Shown here: positions 14,033 through 24,235 of the stretch, piece after piece
How the letters are laid out: each line of letters starts with the position of its first letter
Numbering within the stretch: the stretch's first letter is position 1
Assembly: GCA_963737265.1 (NCBI GenBank)
Contig: CAVTRY010000007.1
Span: 320,001 to 384,000, forward strand
DNA: 64,000 nucleotides
Source of the DNA: an uncultured delta proteobacterium
GTDB taxonomy: Bacteria > Myxococcota_A > Polyangia > Fen-1088
Direction: 5' to 3'
The notes under the pieces: generated by a model
Databases searched by the model: none
The model's input: only the letters and a program-made list of their open reading frames with translations
Told to the model about the DNA's origin: nothing
Program-made: the position numbers and the translations under genes

Positions 14033-15205
14033 TTACCCCTTCGGGATCAGGCGCGCCATGATCACGCCTTCGATCTTGCGGATCTTGTCGATCACGGCTT
14101 CTGTGACGGCACCATCGACGTCGATGATGTTGTACGCCAGCTCGCCTGCGCTCTTGTTCATCATGTCGATGATGTTGATTTTATCGGCGGCCAGCACGGT
14201 GGTGATTTGGCCGACCATGTTGGGCACGTTGGCGTTGCCGACGACGATGCGCGGGCGTCCCATGTACTGCATCTCGCTGTTGGGAAAATTCACCGAGTTC
14301 TTCACGTTGCCGAACTGGAGGAAGTCGCGCAGCTGGCGGGCAGCCATGACGGCACAGTTGTCCTCGGCCTCGGGCGTGGACGCGCCAAGATGGGGGACAG
14401 AAATGACGTTCTTCTCATCGAGCAGGTCGTCCTCGGGAAAATCCGTGACGTAGCTGGCGACCGTGCCCACGGCCAGGGCCTCCTTCAGATCCGCGGTCTT
14501 GACCAGACCGCCGCGCGCCAGGTTCACGATGCGCACGCCCTTCTTCATGACGGCGAACTGGCTGCGGCCGAGCATGCCCCTGGTGGCATCCAGCAGCGGC
14601 ACATGCAGCGTGATGTAATCGGACTGGGAAAGCAGCATGTCCAGGCTGGTCGCGCGCCGAACCGTGCGCGCCAGGCCCCACGCCGCCTCGACCGAAATGT
14701 ACGGATCGAAGCCGATCACGTCCATGCCGAGCGCAACGGCGTCGTTGGCCACCATGACACCGATGGCGCCGAGGCCGATGATGCCCAGTTTCTTGCCCTT
14801 GATCTCCGGACCCACGAAGTCCTTCTTGCCCTTCTCGACCAGCGGCCCGACCTCTTTGCCCTTGCCCTTGAGCGAACGCGTCCATTCGACGCCGGCGACA
14901 ATGCGCCGCGAGGAGAGCAGCAATCCGGCGAGGACCAGCTCTTTCACGCCGTTGGCGTTGGCGCCCGGCGTATTGAACACCACGATGCCGCGCTTCGAAC
15001 ATTTGTCGACCGGGATGTTGTTCACGCCAGCGCCGGCGCGGGCGATGCCCTTGAGCGAGGCCGGAAGGTCCAAGAACTGCATATCCGCGCTGCGCACGAG
15101 AACGCCGTCGGGGTTCAGGATCTCGGACGCGATTTCATAGCAATCGCGCGGTAGCTCGTCGAGTCCGATGGAAGCAATCTTGTTGAGTGTCTGGATCTTG
15201 AACAT
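14033..15205 (-). CDS. serA: D-3-phosphoglycerate dehydrogenase (short form with ACT domain)
   Basis: RAGAGVNNIP, NTPGANAN, GLGAIG, PHLGASTPEAE. Confidence 0.88.
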   Translation of the reverse strand: MFKIQTLNKIASIGLDELPRDCYEIASEILNPDGVLVRSADMQFLDLPASLKGIARAGAGVNNIPVDKCSKRGIVVFNTPGANANGVKELVLAGLLLSSRRIVAGVEWTRSLKGKGKEVGPLVEKGKKDFVGPEIKGKKLGIIGLGAIGVMVANDAVALGMDVIGFDPYISVEAAWGLARTVRRATSLDMLLSQSDYITLHVPLLDATRGMLGRSQFAVMKKGVRIVNLARGGLVKTADLKEALAVGTVASYVTDFPEDDLLDEKNVISVPHLGASTPEAEDNCAVMAARQLRDFLQFGNVKNSVNFPNSEMQYMGRPRIVVGNANVPNMVGQITTVLAADKINIIDMMNKSAGELAYNIIDVDGAVTEAVIDKIRKIEGVIMARLIPKG

Positions 15206-15378
15206 GGTTTCTGCCTCGCGGTGATAGTGATGGTCCGTTCCCCCAGCTTCGGCCGGGTATCCTGGCCGATCACGCGCACGCCGTCTACCAGGTATGATGG
15301 ATGGTAGTGGGTCAGTTTGAAGTCAACGCGCACGGTCGTTTCGTAGACACGGGCCGCGACTTGTGGCAACCCTAGAGC

Positions 15379-15618
15379 ATGCAAAAGCGCGCACGCATGC
15401 CCAAAGACTTCAACCAACTGGCCAAGATGGTCGGCGACATCGCCACGGGTCAGGCCCCGGCCGAGCCAGACGCTAACGCTGGCAAGAATCCCGCAGCGGT
15501 GGCACTGGGGAAGCTCGGAGGCGTGAAGGGTGGCAAAGCGCGGGCCGCCAACATGACCAAGAAGCAGCGATCGGAAGCCGCTAAGAAGGCAGCCAAGGCG
15601 CGGTGGGGAAAGGGTTAG
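15379..15618 (+). CDS. Small basic Lys/Ala-rich protein (histone-H1-like), transposon passenger
   Basis: KNPAAVALGKLGGVKGGKARAANMTKKQRSEAAKKAAKARW. Confidence 0.8.
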   Translation: MQKRARMPKDFNQLAKMVGDIATGQAPAEPDANAGKNPAAVALGKLGGVKGGKARAANMTKKQRSEAAKKAAKARWGKG

Positions 15619-16589
15619 TCTTCAAACGGGAAACTTGTCTGGCGTCCGAATACCCTCGCCACGTGACGCTCGTATTCCTCGCGAGTCGCCGAGGCGTCCG
15701 CAAGACCAAGTAGACGCCCAAGATGGGTGCGCAGCGCCTTTACCCCTATTTCAGATAGGAACTGATGCAGTCTCTTGTGCGTTTCGCCTCCCCTGGCACG
15801 ACGTGTGAGTTCAAGTATCTTTCCGTGGCTGTGGGCCAAGGGCTCGTACACTTGCGCCACTGTTAGGTGCTTGAACTTCCACGGCCTGTTCTTCTCGGGC
15901 TTGGGAAGCTGGTAAAGCCGATACCACTGCTCGTACAACTCCGGCGGAAATTCCTTCTCGTAGTCGCGGGCTTCTTCGCGGACGTAGAACTTGAAAGCCG
16001 CGATCGTCTCTTCTCGCGTAGCGTCGTAACCGGCAAGCGCATAGACCAGACCCTTGATGCCGGCCTTGGCAGAGGCGCCAAGAATCACGTGGGCTTGTCT
16101 GGCTACATTTTGGTGTGCCTTCTTCAGTTTGCCGTCTGCTTCGGCCTGGATGATGGCCTTACAAATATCGACGAGGATCGTGACGTCGTATCCGTTCACC
16201 GTAACGGGAGGCACCGCCGCGACCAGCGATGACCACTGGAAAACAAGGGGGTTTCTGATCTTTTCGACGAGTTCGCGACCGAGGTAAGGCGCCATCGTCG
16301 CAGTGCTGACGAAGGCAGGTAACCTGCCCCCGCTTCCTCCAGACAGACCCAACGCTGGCGCCATCCCGCGCTGGCTGATGACTGCCGTCTTTGGATCGTC
16401 ATCAAGCACGTAGCACTCGACGTCGATGCCGAACTCTTCCTTGAAATTTCCCTTATGGGTTGCGCGCGGCGTTTTCCCTCCCCACCTGGCAGCTGCGCCT
16501 TTCTTTGCAATGGCCCGCCTCTCTTCTGGCGACAGAATTTCGGCTCGCGCAATTCCTCCCAATGCTCTTCCCTTCGGTTCTTTGTCCAT
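15615..16589 (-). CDS. P63C domain protein
   Basis: N-terminal GGIARA...AARW; VECYVLDD; EEARDYEKEFPPELYEQWYRLY; RLHQFL. Confidence 0.82.
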   Translation of the reverse strand: MDKEPKGRALGGIARAEILSPEERRAIAKKGAAARWGGKTPRATHKGNFKEEFGIDVECYVLDDDPKTAVISQRGMAPALGLSGGSGGRLPAFVSTATMAPYLGRELVEKIRNPLVFQWSSLVAAVPPVTVNGYDVTILVDICKAIIQAEADGKLKKAHQNVARQAHVILGASAKAGIKGLVYALAGYDATREETIAAFKFYVREEARDYEKEFPPELYEQWYRLYQLPKPEKNRPWKFKHLTVAQVYEPLAHSHGKILELTRRARGGETHKRLHQFLSEIGVKALRTHLGRLLGLADASATREEYERHVARVFGRQTSFPFED

Positions 16590-16697
16590 GCTTGCTTACC
16601 TTTCTTTGCTTGCATTCTAAGCACCGACAAGCAGAATGCAAGCATGAGTGAAGAAAAATGCTTGCATATACCTAACCGTTCAGGCATACTGTTCAGT
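16588..16697. promoter_or_regulatory. Divergent promoter region with repeated TGCTTGC motifs; putative leaderless transposase promoter
   Basis: TTGCAT-N17-CATACT-N7-ATG(16698); 12-bp inverted repeat TGCTTGCATTCT (16607-16618) / AGAATGCAAGCA (16633-16644). Confidence 0.55.
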
Positions 16698-17516
16698 ATG
16701 AATCGGTTGCCACAAAACAAGCAGATCGCGGTGGTGAAGGCCCTCGTCGAGGGTTGCAGCATTCGCGCGACGGTGCGCATGACCGGCGTCGCGAAGAACA
16801 CCGTGATCAAGCTTCTTTTGGATCTCGGCGCGGCCTGTGAGGCGTACCAAGTCGAGCACTTGGTCAACCTCCCGTGCAAGCGCATTCAGTGCGACGAGAT
16901 TTGGAGTTTTGTGGGCGCGAAGGCGAAGCAGGTTGCCATGGGCGCGCACGGCGTGGGCGACGTCTGGACCTGGACCGCCATCGACGCAGAAACCAAGCTG
17001 GTCCCCTCGTGGCTTGTCGGCGACCGTGGCGCGGACACCGCCCGCCGCTTCATCTCGGATCTCGCTGGCCGTCTCTCAAGCCGTGTGCAACTCACGACCG
17101 ACGGCCACAAGGTCTACCTGGACGCCATCGAGCGCGCGTTCGGCGACGACATCGACTACGCGATGCTGGTCAAGCAGTACGGCGAGTGCCGCGAGGGCGG
17201 CGAAGTCCGCTACAGCCCGGCCGTCTGCACCGGAGCGAAGAAGGAAGCGATCACGGGGAACCCGGACGCCGCACACATTTCTACCAGCTACGTCGAGCGC
17301 CAGAATCTCACCATGCGCATGAGCATGCGGCGGTTCACCCGCCTGACGAACGCTTTCTCGAAGAAGGTCGAGAACCACGCCGCTGCCGTCGCGCTCTACT
17401 TCATGCACTACAATTTCTGCCGCATCCATCAGTCGTTGCGGGTGACGCCTGCGATGGCGGCGGGCGTGACGGATCACGTTTGGGAAATCGCGGAGATCGT
17501 CGACCTCTTGGGCTAG
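16698..17516 (+). CDS. IS1-family DDE transposase (single ORF)
   Basis: HTH SIRATVRMTGVAKNTV; IQCDEIWSFV; LTTDG; STSYVERQNLTMRMSMRRFTRLTNAFSKK. Confidence 0.93.
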   Translation: MNRLPQNKQIAVVKALVEGCSIRATVRMTGVAKNTVIKLLLDLGAACEAYQVEHLVNLPCKRIQCDEIWSFVGAKAKQVAMGAHGVGDVWTWTAIDAETKLVPSWLVGDRGADTARRFISDLAGRLSSRVQLTTDGHKVYLDAIERAFGDDIDYAMLVKQYGECREGGEVRYSPAVCTGAKKEAITGNPDAAHISTSYVERQNLTMRMSMRRFTRLTNAFSKKVENHAAAVALYFMHYNFCRIHQSLRVTPAMAAGVTDHVWEIAEIVDLLG

Positions 17517-17590
17517 CCGGAGGATTCGGGAGCAACTTCCGCGACGTCCAGGCCGATAGGTCGTTAGAAGTTGCAAGACACGAGGATTTC

Positions 17591-19283
17591 ATGGGAACGT
17601 ACCTCAACGTGAACACGCTCTACTACGGCGACAACCTCGACGTGTTACGGCGGTATGTCCCCGACGAGTCGGTCCATCTCGTCTATCTGGATCCCCCCTT
17701 CCAGAGTGGACGTGATTACAACGTACTTTTCGAGGAACAGGATGGGACGAAGGCCAAGGCGCAGATTCAGGCATTCGAAGACACCTGGGAGTGGGATACG
17801 GGAGCTGCGGCGACCTTCGATGAAGCAGTTGGTGCTGGGGGGAAGGTAGGCGAGGCTTTGCTCGCATTCCGCCAACTCTTAGGCGGTAGCCCGATGCTGG
17901 CCTATCTGTCGATGATGGCCCCACGTCTCGTCGAACTGCGCCGAGTCCTAAAACCGACGGGCTCTCTCTACCTGCACTGCGATCCGAGCGCTAGCCACTA
18001 CATCAAATTGCTTCTTGATGCGGTTTTCGGCCCGGAACGCTTCATCAGCGAAATCGTATGGCAGCGCGCGATGTCGAAGGGGCTCTCGACGCGACGGCTT
18101 CCATCGAATCACGATGTCATCTTCCACTACAGCAAAGATGAGAACTGGATATGGAACGTCGACACCAACCTTCCGGCCGTATGACCCTGATGATCTCGAC
18201 GAGAAAACGGCAGGAAAATACTGCCACAAAGATCCAGACGGCAGAGTCTACCGTCTCAGCGACGTGACGAACCCCAATCCCGACCGCCCAAATCTGACAT
18301 ACGAGTTTCTTGGGATGACGAAAGTCTGGCGATGGACGAAGGATCGCATGCAGGCCGCATTCAATGCCGGCCTGGTCATCCAGACCAAACCGAGCACGAT
18401 ACCCCAGCTCAAGCGTTATCTCGACGAGCAGCGAGGACGCCCACTCGATGATGTCTGGACGGATATTCCTCCGCTCAATTCACAGGCAAAAGAACGGTTA
18501 GGGTATCCGACGCAGAAGCCGGTGGCTCTCTTGGAAAGAATCATCAGGGTTTCATCGAATGAAGGCGACGTTGTGCTTGATCCATTCTGTGGCTGTGGGA
18601 CCACGATTGAGGCTGCGGCGACGATGAAGAGGGAATGGATCGGGATCGACGTCACGCATCTTGCCGTGAGCCTAATCAAGCACCGCCTCTTGGGCAGTCT
18701 TGGAGCGAAGCCAGGCGTCGACTACAAGGTGATCGGGGAGCCGACCGACTTGGAGGGCGCGAAGCAACTCGCACTGGAGGACCGCCATCAATTCGAGCAT
18801 TGGGCCTTGGGCCTGGTAGGAGCGCGAGCTTCCGCACACGGGAAGGGTGCCGACAAAGGAATCGATGGCCTGCTCTTGTTCCAAGAAGGCGGGATCGGCA
18901 CTCCACACCTACGGGTTCCCATCTCGGTGAAGTCGGGGCATATCCATTCCAACATGGTGAGCGAGTTGCGTGGCGTGGTTGAGCGCGAGAAGGCCGCCCT
19001 GGGGGTTCTCATCACCCTTGAAGAACCAAGCGGGCCAATGAAGCGTGAGGCGGCCTCGGCGGGCTTCTACGAGTCCTCATGGGGCAAGCATCCGAAGTTG
19101 CAGATCCTCACCATAGAAGAACTTCTTGGCGGCAAAGGGATCGACATGCCGCCGATTCGCGCGGGCGGGACGACGTTCAAACAGGCGCCACGCGCGGAAG
19201 CCCAAGTCGAGCCAGAGTTGACGCTTCCTGGGATCGACGCGTCGACCACGCGGCCGGGCGGTCAGAAGCGGCGTCGGAAGTAG
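17591..19283 (+). CDS. N6/N4 DNA methyltransferase (beta class) fused to a C-terminal Mrr-like nuclease-fold domain; apparent frameshift near 18170
   Basis: LYYGDNL, YLDPPF, GYPTQKP, VLDPFCGCGTT; C-terminal GADKGIDG...ISVKSG. Confidence 0.88.
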
Positions 19284-19350
19284 AAACGGCGTCGTCAAGC
19301 TGCGTTAGGCGTTTTCGGATTCAAACTGACCCACTACCTGATGGATCGCA

Positions 19351-20106
19351 ATGCTGTCAATGATCGCTCTGCTGCTAGCCACTCCGGCGCTGGCCGAGGC
19401 CGGGGCGCGGGAAGCGCCGGCCGTGCTGTTTCCGTCAGAGCCGCTGGTTGCGGTTGCCGACGACCGGGAGGCGCATTTCGTGCCCGTGCTGCGCGAGCGA
19501 AGCAAGAAGGAGACCTGGTTGGCGGAAAAGGCGTGGCGGCCGGACGTGCACGTGCGCGACGCCGACCTTGCGCGAACGCACCGCCCCGGCGAACAGGCTC
19601 CCCGGCGAACGGGTCCGCCAAACGTCCAAGCCGAAGCGCGATTGGCAGGGGCCATGGCCCCCATCGGCACGGGAATCCAGCCCGTCACGACCCTGTTCAA
19701 CATCTGGAACCGCGAGGCGATGCCCCTCATCGCGGGCCAGCCCTACAAACGGCGCTTTCAAGTCTTCCTGCGCGACCACTACACCGCCGAGTCCACCCAA
19801 GCCGACACCCGACTCGCCATCATTCTGGCCGCGGCAGCGATTAGGTTCCACGCCCCGAGAGTCGAGATCGTTTCAGGATACCGCTCGCCCAAATACAACC
19901 TGATGTTGCGCAAGAAGGGACACCAGGTGGCGCGCGAAAGTCAGCACACGCAGGGCAACGCGGTCGATTTCCGCGTCCACGGCGTCGAGACCGAGGTCCT
20001 GCGGGAATTCGTGCGCGGGCTCCGCATGGGCGGCGTGGGCTTCTATCCGCGCACGCACTTTGTCCACGCGGATACCGGCAAGATCCGCTACTGGCAGGGA
20101 TCCTGA
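19351..20106 (+). CDS. YcbK/DUF882 peptidase M15-like protein
   Basis: Signal peptide; IVSGYRSP, SQHTQGNAVD, GGVGFYP, FVHADTG. Confidence 0.85.
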   Translation: MLSMIALLLATPALAEAGAREAPAVLFPSEPLVAVADDREAHFVPVLRERSKKETWLAEKAWRPDVHVRDADLARTHRPGEQAPRRTGPPNVQAEARLAGAMAPIGTGIQPVTTLFNIWNREAMPLIAGQPYKRRFQVFLRDHYTAESTQADTRLAIILAAAAIRFHAPRVEIVSGYRSPKYNLMLRKKGHQVARESQHTQGNAVDFRVHGVETEVLREFVRGLRMGGVGFYPRTHFVHADTGKIRYWQGS

Positions 20107-20134
20107 CCCGTTCTACCGTCGCCGGGCGGCCTGG

Positions 20135-20956
20135 TCAGAATTTGCCACCCAGGCGAAAAGCCAAACCACCTTCGGGCAAGATATTCATGGCCACAACGCT
20201 GGATAGTGTGGGACGCAGAATCAGGACGGTGCCAACGACAAGCGCGGCTGCACTGGCACCAAAGAAGCCGTAGGACGTGTAGGCAAGGGGCTTGGCGTCG
20301 TCGCAGGCCGACTGTGCCGCCGCTTGACCCTGCATCGTGTACTCGGTACGGCAAGTGTCCATCTGGCTGCGCGCGGCAAGGTTGATGAGCACGGCCGCGC
20401 CAGCGAGGATGCCTGAGCTTCCGAACGCGATCCAAGCCCCGGCCCGTGAGGGCGATGAAGGTGGCTCCGGCGAGGTCACCGATTCAATCGGCTTTTTGTC
20501 GGCTGCGGTCGCCGTCGCACCTCGTTCTTGCGAGGGTTCGGTAGCGCCGGCGGCGGTGGCCGGTTCCGCGTCCTTCAGCCTTACTTGCGCCAGCCGTTCT
20601 CGAAGCGCATCGAGCTTGTGGTTCACTTCCTGGCTGTCCTTGGCGTCGGGAACGAGCAGCAAGTACTGGTTGTAGCTAGAGATGGCCAACTCCAAATCTC
20701 CGATCCGCTCGGCGATCTGCGCGATGTTGAAGGCGGTGAAGCCGTGGGGAACGAATTTGAGCGAGCACTGGAACGCCTTGAGCGCGGCAAGGTCGTCTCC
20801 GGAATTCACCCCTTCATTTCCCCTGCCGAACCATTTCTTGGCCTGTGCCCGGCGCTGCCCGGCGTCCGCTGGAATCTCGTCGGGACAGACCTCGGCGCGC
20901 GCGGTGCCGATAGCGGAAAAAACAGCGAGGGAAATGAGAATGAATCGCATCGTCAT
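20135..20956 (-). CDS. TPR-containing membrane/secreted protein (myxobacterial type)
   Basis: Signal peptide, TPR-like helices, two C-terminal hydrophobic segments, terminal GGKF. Confidence 0.7.
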   Translation of the reverse strand: MTMRFILISLAVFSAIGTARAEVCPDEIPADAGQRRAQAKKWFGRGNEGVNSGDDLAALKAFQCSLKFVPHGFTAFNIAQIAERIGDLELAISSYNQYLLLVPDAKDSQEVNHKLDALRERLAQVRLKDAEPATAAGATEPSQERGATATAADKKPIESVTSPEPPSSPSRAGAWIAFGSSGILAGAAVLINLAARSQMDTCRTEYTMQGQAAAQSACDDAKPLAYTSYGFFGASAAALVVGTVLILRPTLSSVVAMNILPEGGLAFRLGGKF

Positions 20957-21091
20957 GAGCTACATCCGGGTTGAAGTTAAGCCTTTGCCAGGTTAACAGG
21001 AAGTCCGCTGGTTGTGAATGCACCCGCCCAAGAACCCCAAAAACTCCCAAGAACCCAAGAACGATAACACCGAATCGCGGAGTGGTCCCGC

Positions 21092-22546
21092 CTACATGTG
21101 GTTGAGCCCGAGCGGGATCCGAACGGTGAGCTTGGTGCCTTGCCCGGGTTCGCCCTTCACGGTGAGGGTGCCGCCCAGCATGGCGACGCGTTCCTTCATG
21201 CCGAGTAGCCCGAGCGATCCATGGCGCCGAATTTCTTCCTCGGTGATGCCGCGACCGTCGTCCTTCACGGCGAGCGACAGACGCGTGTCGGAGCATTCGA
21301 CCTGAATGTCGACATGGGCGGCGCTGGCGTGCCGGGTGACGTTGGTCAGCGCTTCTTGGCAGATACGAAAAAGCGGCGTGGCCAAATTGGACGGCAGCAC
21401 AAGCTCTTCCGGCACTTGCACGGCACACGGGACGTGAGTTCGGGTTTCGAAATCGTGCGCCAGCCATTCCACCGCCGCGCCGAGGCCGAGATCGTCGAGG
21501 ATGCTCGGGCGCAGCTCGGAGGAAATACGTCGCACGCAGCGGATGGTGTCCTTGACCAGCTCGACGAGAGCCGCCACGCGCGCACCGGCTTCCTTGTTGT
21601 TGGGATCGATCTGTTTGTCGAGGAAGGCGAGATCCATCCCCATGCAGGTGAGCGACTGGCCGAGCTCGTCGTGAATCTCGCGCGCGATGCGCACGCGTTC
21701 CTGCTCGCGCACGGATTCGAGGTGCGCGGTGAGCGCACGCAGCTGCTCGCGGAAACGGCGCTGTTCTTCTTCAAGCTGCCGGCGCTCGGTGACGTCGTGG
21801 GCAAAACCCGTGGTTCCGATCACCTTGCCCAAGGCGTCGACCACCGGCGACTTGAAGGTCTCCGACCAGCGCCGCTCGCCCCCGACCGGGATCTCCTCTT
21901 CCACAAGCTTCTGCTGGCGCGTGCGCATGACTTCGCGGTCGTCGGCGACGTAGGCGGCGGCGAGCTCGCGCGGCCAGACGGCGAAGTCGTCCAACCCGAC
22001 GAGCTCGCCGGGGTGCGCCTTTTCGGCCGCTTTGGCGAAGGGCTGATTCACGACGATGAATTTGCCCTCGGTGTCCTTGAACCAGACCATGTAGGGGAAG
22101 TTGTCGAGCACGCTGCGCAGGTAGGCCTCGCGCAGGGCCAGCCCCTCCTGGGCCTGGCGGCGCTCGCTGACGTCGCGGACGATTCCCACCACCGCCGCGA
22201 TGGTTCCCGTCGGATCGCGAAAGGGAACCAGGCGCGTATCGATCCACACCGGCCGGGTGTGCAGGTCCTGCTGATTCTCGGTGAAGACGGCCTCGCCGGT
22301 GCGGAAGACGTGCTGGATGGCCTGGCTGTGGCGAGCGGCGAGGGCGGGAGAAAAAAGATCGGCCTGCTTGCGTCCGACCAAATCCGCCGGCGCCCGGCCG
22401 AGGGCCCGGGCTGCGACCGCGTTCACGAAGAGAACGGTCTCGTCGGGATCCACGACGAACACCATGTCCGGGAAGATCTCGAACACCGAGGACAGTCCGA
22501 GACCGTTCTGGGTGAGAAGTCGCTCGATTTGGGAAATGTCCACCAT
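21092..22546 (-). CDS. Double-PAS sensor histidine kinase (HisKA_3, NarX/UhpB class)
   Basis: Two PAS domains; ERVRIAREIHDELGQ; QEALTNV; DDGRG; GLLGMKER. Confidence 0.92.
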   Translation of the reverse strand: MVDISQIERLLTQNGLGLSSVFEIFPDMVFVVDPDETVLFVNAVAARALGRAPADLVGRKQADLFSPALAARHSQAIQHVFRTGEAVFTENQQDLHTRPVWIDTRLVPFRDPTGTIAAVVGIVRDVSERRQAQEGLALREAYLRSVLDNFPYMVWFKDTEGKFIVVNQPFAKAAEKAHPGELVGLDDFAVWPRELAAAYVADDREVMRTRQQKLVEEEIPVGGERRWSETFKSPVVDALGKVIGTTGFAHDVTERRQLEEEQRRFREQLRALTAHLESVREQERVRIAREIHDELGQSLTCMGMDLAFLDKQIDPNNKEAGARVAALVELVKDTIRCVRRISSELRPSILDDLGLGAAVEWLAHDFETRTHVPCAVQVPEELVLPSNLATPLFRICQEALTNVTRHASAAHVDIQVECSDTRLSLAVKDDGRGITEEEIRRHGSLGLLGMKERVAMLGGTLTVKGEPGQGTKLTVRIPLGLNHM

Positions 22547-22628
22547 GGCGCCCCCGCAGCGGCATTGTACCCACTCGCGGGAGGCGGTGTTACGAAATGG
22601 ATGCTCGCGTGCTAGGGTTTGCGCGATC

Positions 22629-23940
22629 ATGAAAATCGCCGTTATCGGAACCGGGTACGTGGGCCTCGTCGCTGGGGCCGGTTTTTCGGACATGGGCAGC
22701 GACGTCGCGTGCGCGGACATCGACGCAGGCAAGATTGCCATGCTCCAACGCGGCGAGATCCCTATCTACGAACCGGGCCTCGACAAGCTCATCGCGCACA
22801 ACGTGAAGGAGGGCCGTCTGTCCTTCACCACCGACGTTTCGGCCGCGGTGGCGGGCGCCGAAGTTATCTTCCTCGCCGTGGGCACGCCGCCCAGGGCAGA
22901 CGGCTCGGCCGATCTTAGCTACATCTTGCAGGCTGCGGAGACCGCGGCGCTTGCGCTTACCGGGTGGGCGGTCATCGTGACCAAATCCACCGTGCCGGTG
23001 GGCACCGGGGACAAGATCGAGGAAATCGCGCGCAAGCACGGACGTTGCGAATGCGCCGTAGCGTCCAATCCCGAGTTCCTCAAGGAAGGCGACGCCGTCA
23101 CCGACTTTCTGAAACCCGACCGGGTCATCGTGGGCACCAGCGACGCACGCGCCATTGCCACGTTGCAGGCGCTCTATGCCCCGTTCACGCGTTCGAGCGA
23201 TCGCATGCTGGTCATGGATCGCCGCTCGGCCGAGCTGACCAAGTACGCCGCCAATTCCATGCTGGCCACGCGCATTTCGTTCATGAACGACCTCGCCAAC
23301 CTGTGCGATGTCGTCGGCGCCGACATCGAGCTCGTGCGCAAGGGCATGGGCTCGGACGTGCGCATCGGCACCAAGTTCCTGTACGCCGGCGTCGGCTTCG
23401 GCGGAAGCTGCTTTCCCAAAGATCTGCGTGCCGCCATCAACACCGGCAAGGAAGCCGGCGTGCCACTTCGGGTTCTCGACGCAGTGGTGGCATCGAACGA
23501 GGGGCAGAAGCATCGTTTGGGCGAAGACATCCGGCGCTATTTTCACGGCAGCCTGGCCGGCAAGCGCATTGCCCTGTGGGGCTTGGCGTTCAAGCCGGGC
23601 ACCGACGATGTGCGCGAAGCGGCCGCGCTGGTCTTGGCCGAGGATCTGCTGGCCGCGGGTGCCGAGGTGGTGGTGACGGATCCAGTGGCGATCCCCACCG
23701 CGAAGAAGGTCTTGGGCGAGCGCGTGCGCTACGTGGATTTCGAACTACGCGTGCGCCGAGGGCGCCGATGCGCTCGCCCTCGTCACCGAATGGCGCGATT
23801 ATCGCCGCCCCAACTTCGAGCGCCTGGCAGGCATCATGCGCGGTAAGGTGGTGTTCGACGGCCGCAACATCTGGGAGCCGGCCGACGTCCGCGCCGCCGG
23901 CCTCACCTACTTCGGCATCGGCCGCGGCGCAAGGCCGTAG
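22629..23940 (+). CDS. ugd: UDP-glucose 6-dehydrogenase; apparent frameshift near 23740
   Basis: IGTGYVGL, KSTVPVGT, SNPEFLKEG, GFGGSCFPKD; continues in another frame as VTEW...FDGRNI. Confidence 0.92.
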
Positions 23941-23971
23941 CTACAGACGCGTTAGCCATGCCGCGCGGGAT

Positions 23972-24181
23972 CTAGAGCCACGTAAAGGGCACGCCAAGCA
24001 GCTTGTCCGCGAAGATGCGCGGGGATTGGTCGTTGGTGGTGACCAATCCCAAGCGCGCGCTGTGCTCGGCCACGAAGTCGCGAAGCCCGCGCAACGCACG
24101 TGGATTCACAAAGGACGTGCGCTTGATCTCGATGGCGACGCGCCCGAAATCCCCCTCGATGTCAAGGTCGAGCTCGGCCAA
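23972..24181 (-). pseudogene. C-terminal fragment resembling the nuclease-like tail of AAA/DUF4143 ATPases
   Basis: ELDLDIEG...AIEIK...LRGLRDF...VPFTWL with no N-terminal ATPase domain. Confidence 0.55.
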
Positions 24182-24235
24182 GCCGAAACCGAAATACCTC
24201 GTTGGCCGGATCGGAAAGTGCTCGCGCGCCAGGAG

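Larger units (their letters stand above)
15303..19338 (+). mobile_element. 4,036-bp IS1-family transposon carrying passenger genes
   Basis: Perfect 19-bp TIRs GGTAGTGGGTCAGTTTGAA (15303-15321) and TTCAAACTGACCCACTACC (19320-19338); 8-bp TSD TGATGGAT (15295-15302 and 19339-19346); internal IS1-type transposase. Confidence 0.93.

Noticed and set aside
17076-17576. Antisense ORF inside the transposase, and other long opposite-strand ORFs across the window
   Set aside because: High-GC shadow ORFs with no recognisable motifs.
17560-19312. Integron cassette around the MTase gene (GTTAGAA upstream, GTTAGGC downstream)
   Set aside because: No complementary RYYYAAC inverse core, no attC-length palindrome and no integrase.
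21025-21065. CCCAAGAAC-like and (at 28287-28325) CATCCGGG microrepeats as regulatory arrays
   Set aside because: Short and degenerate, with no supporting context.
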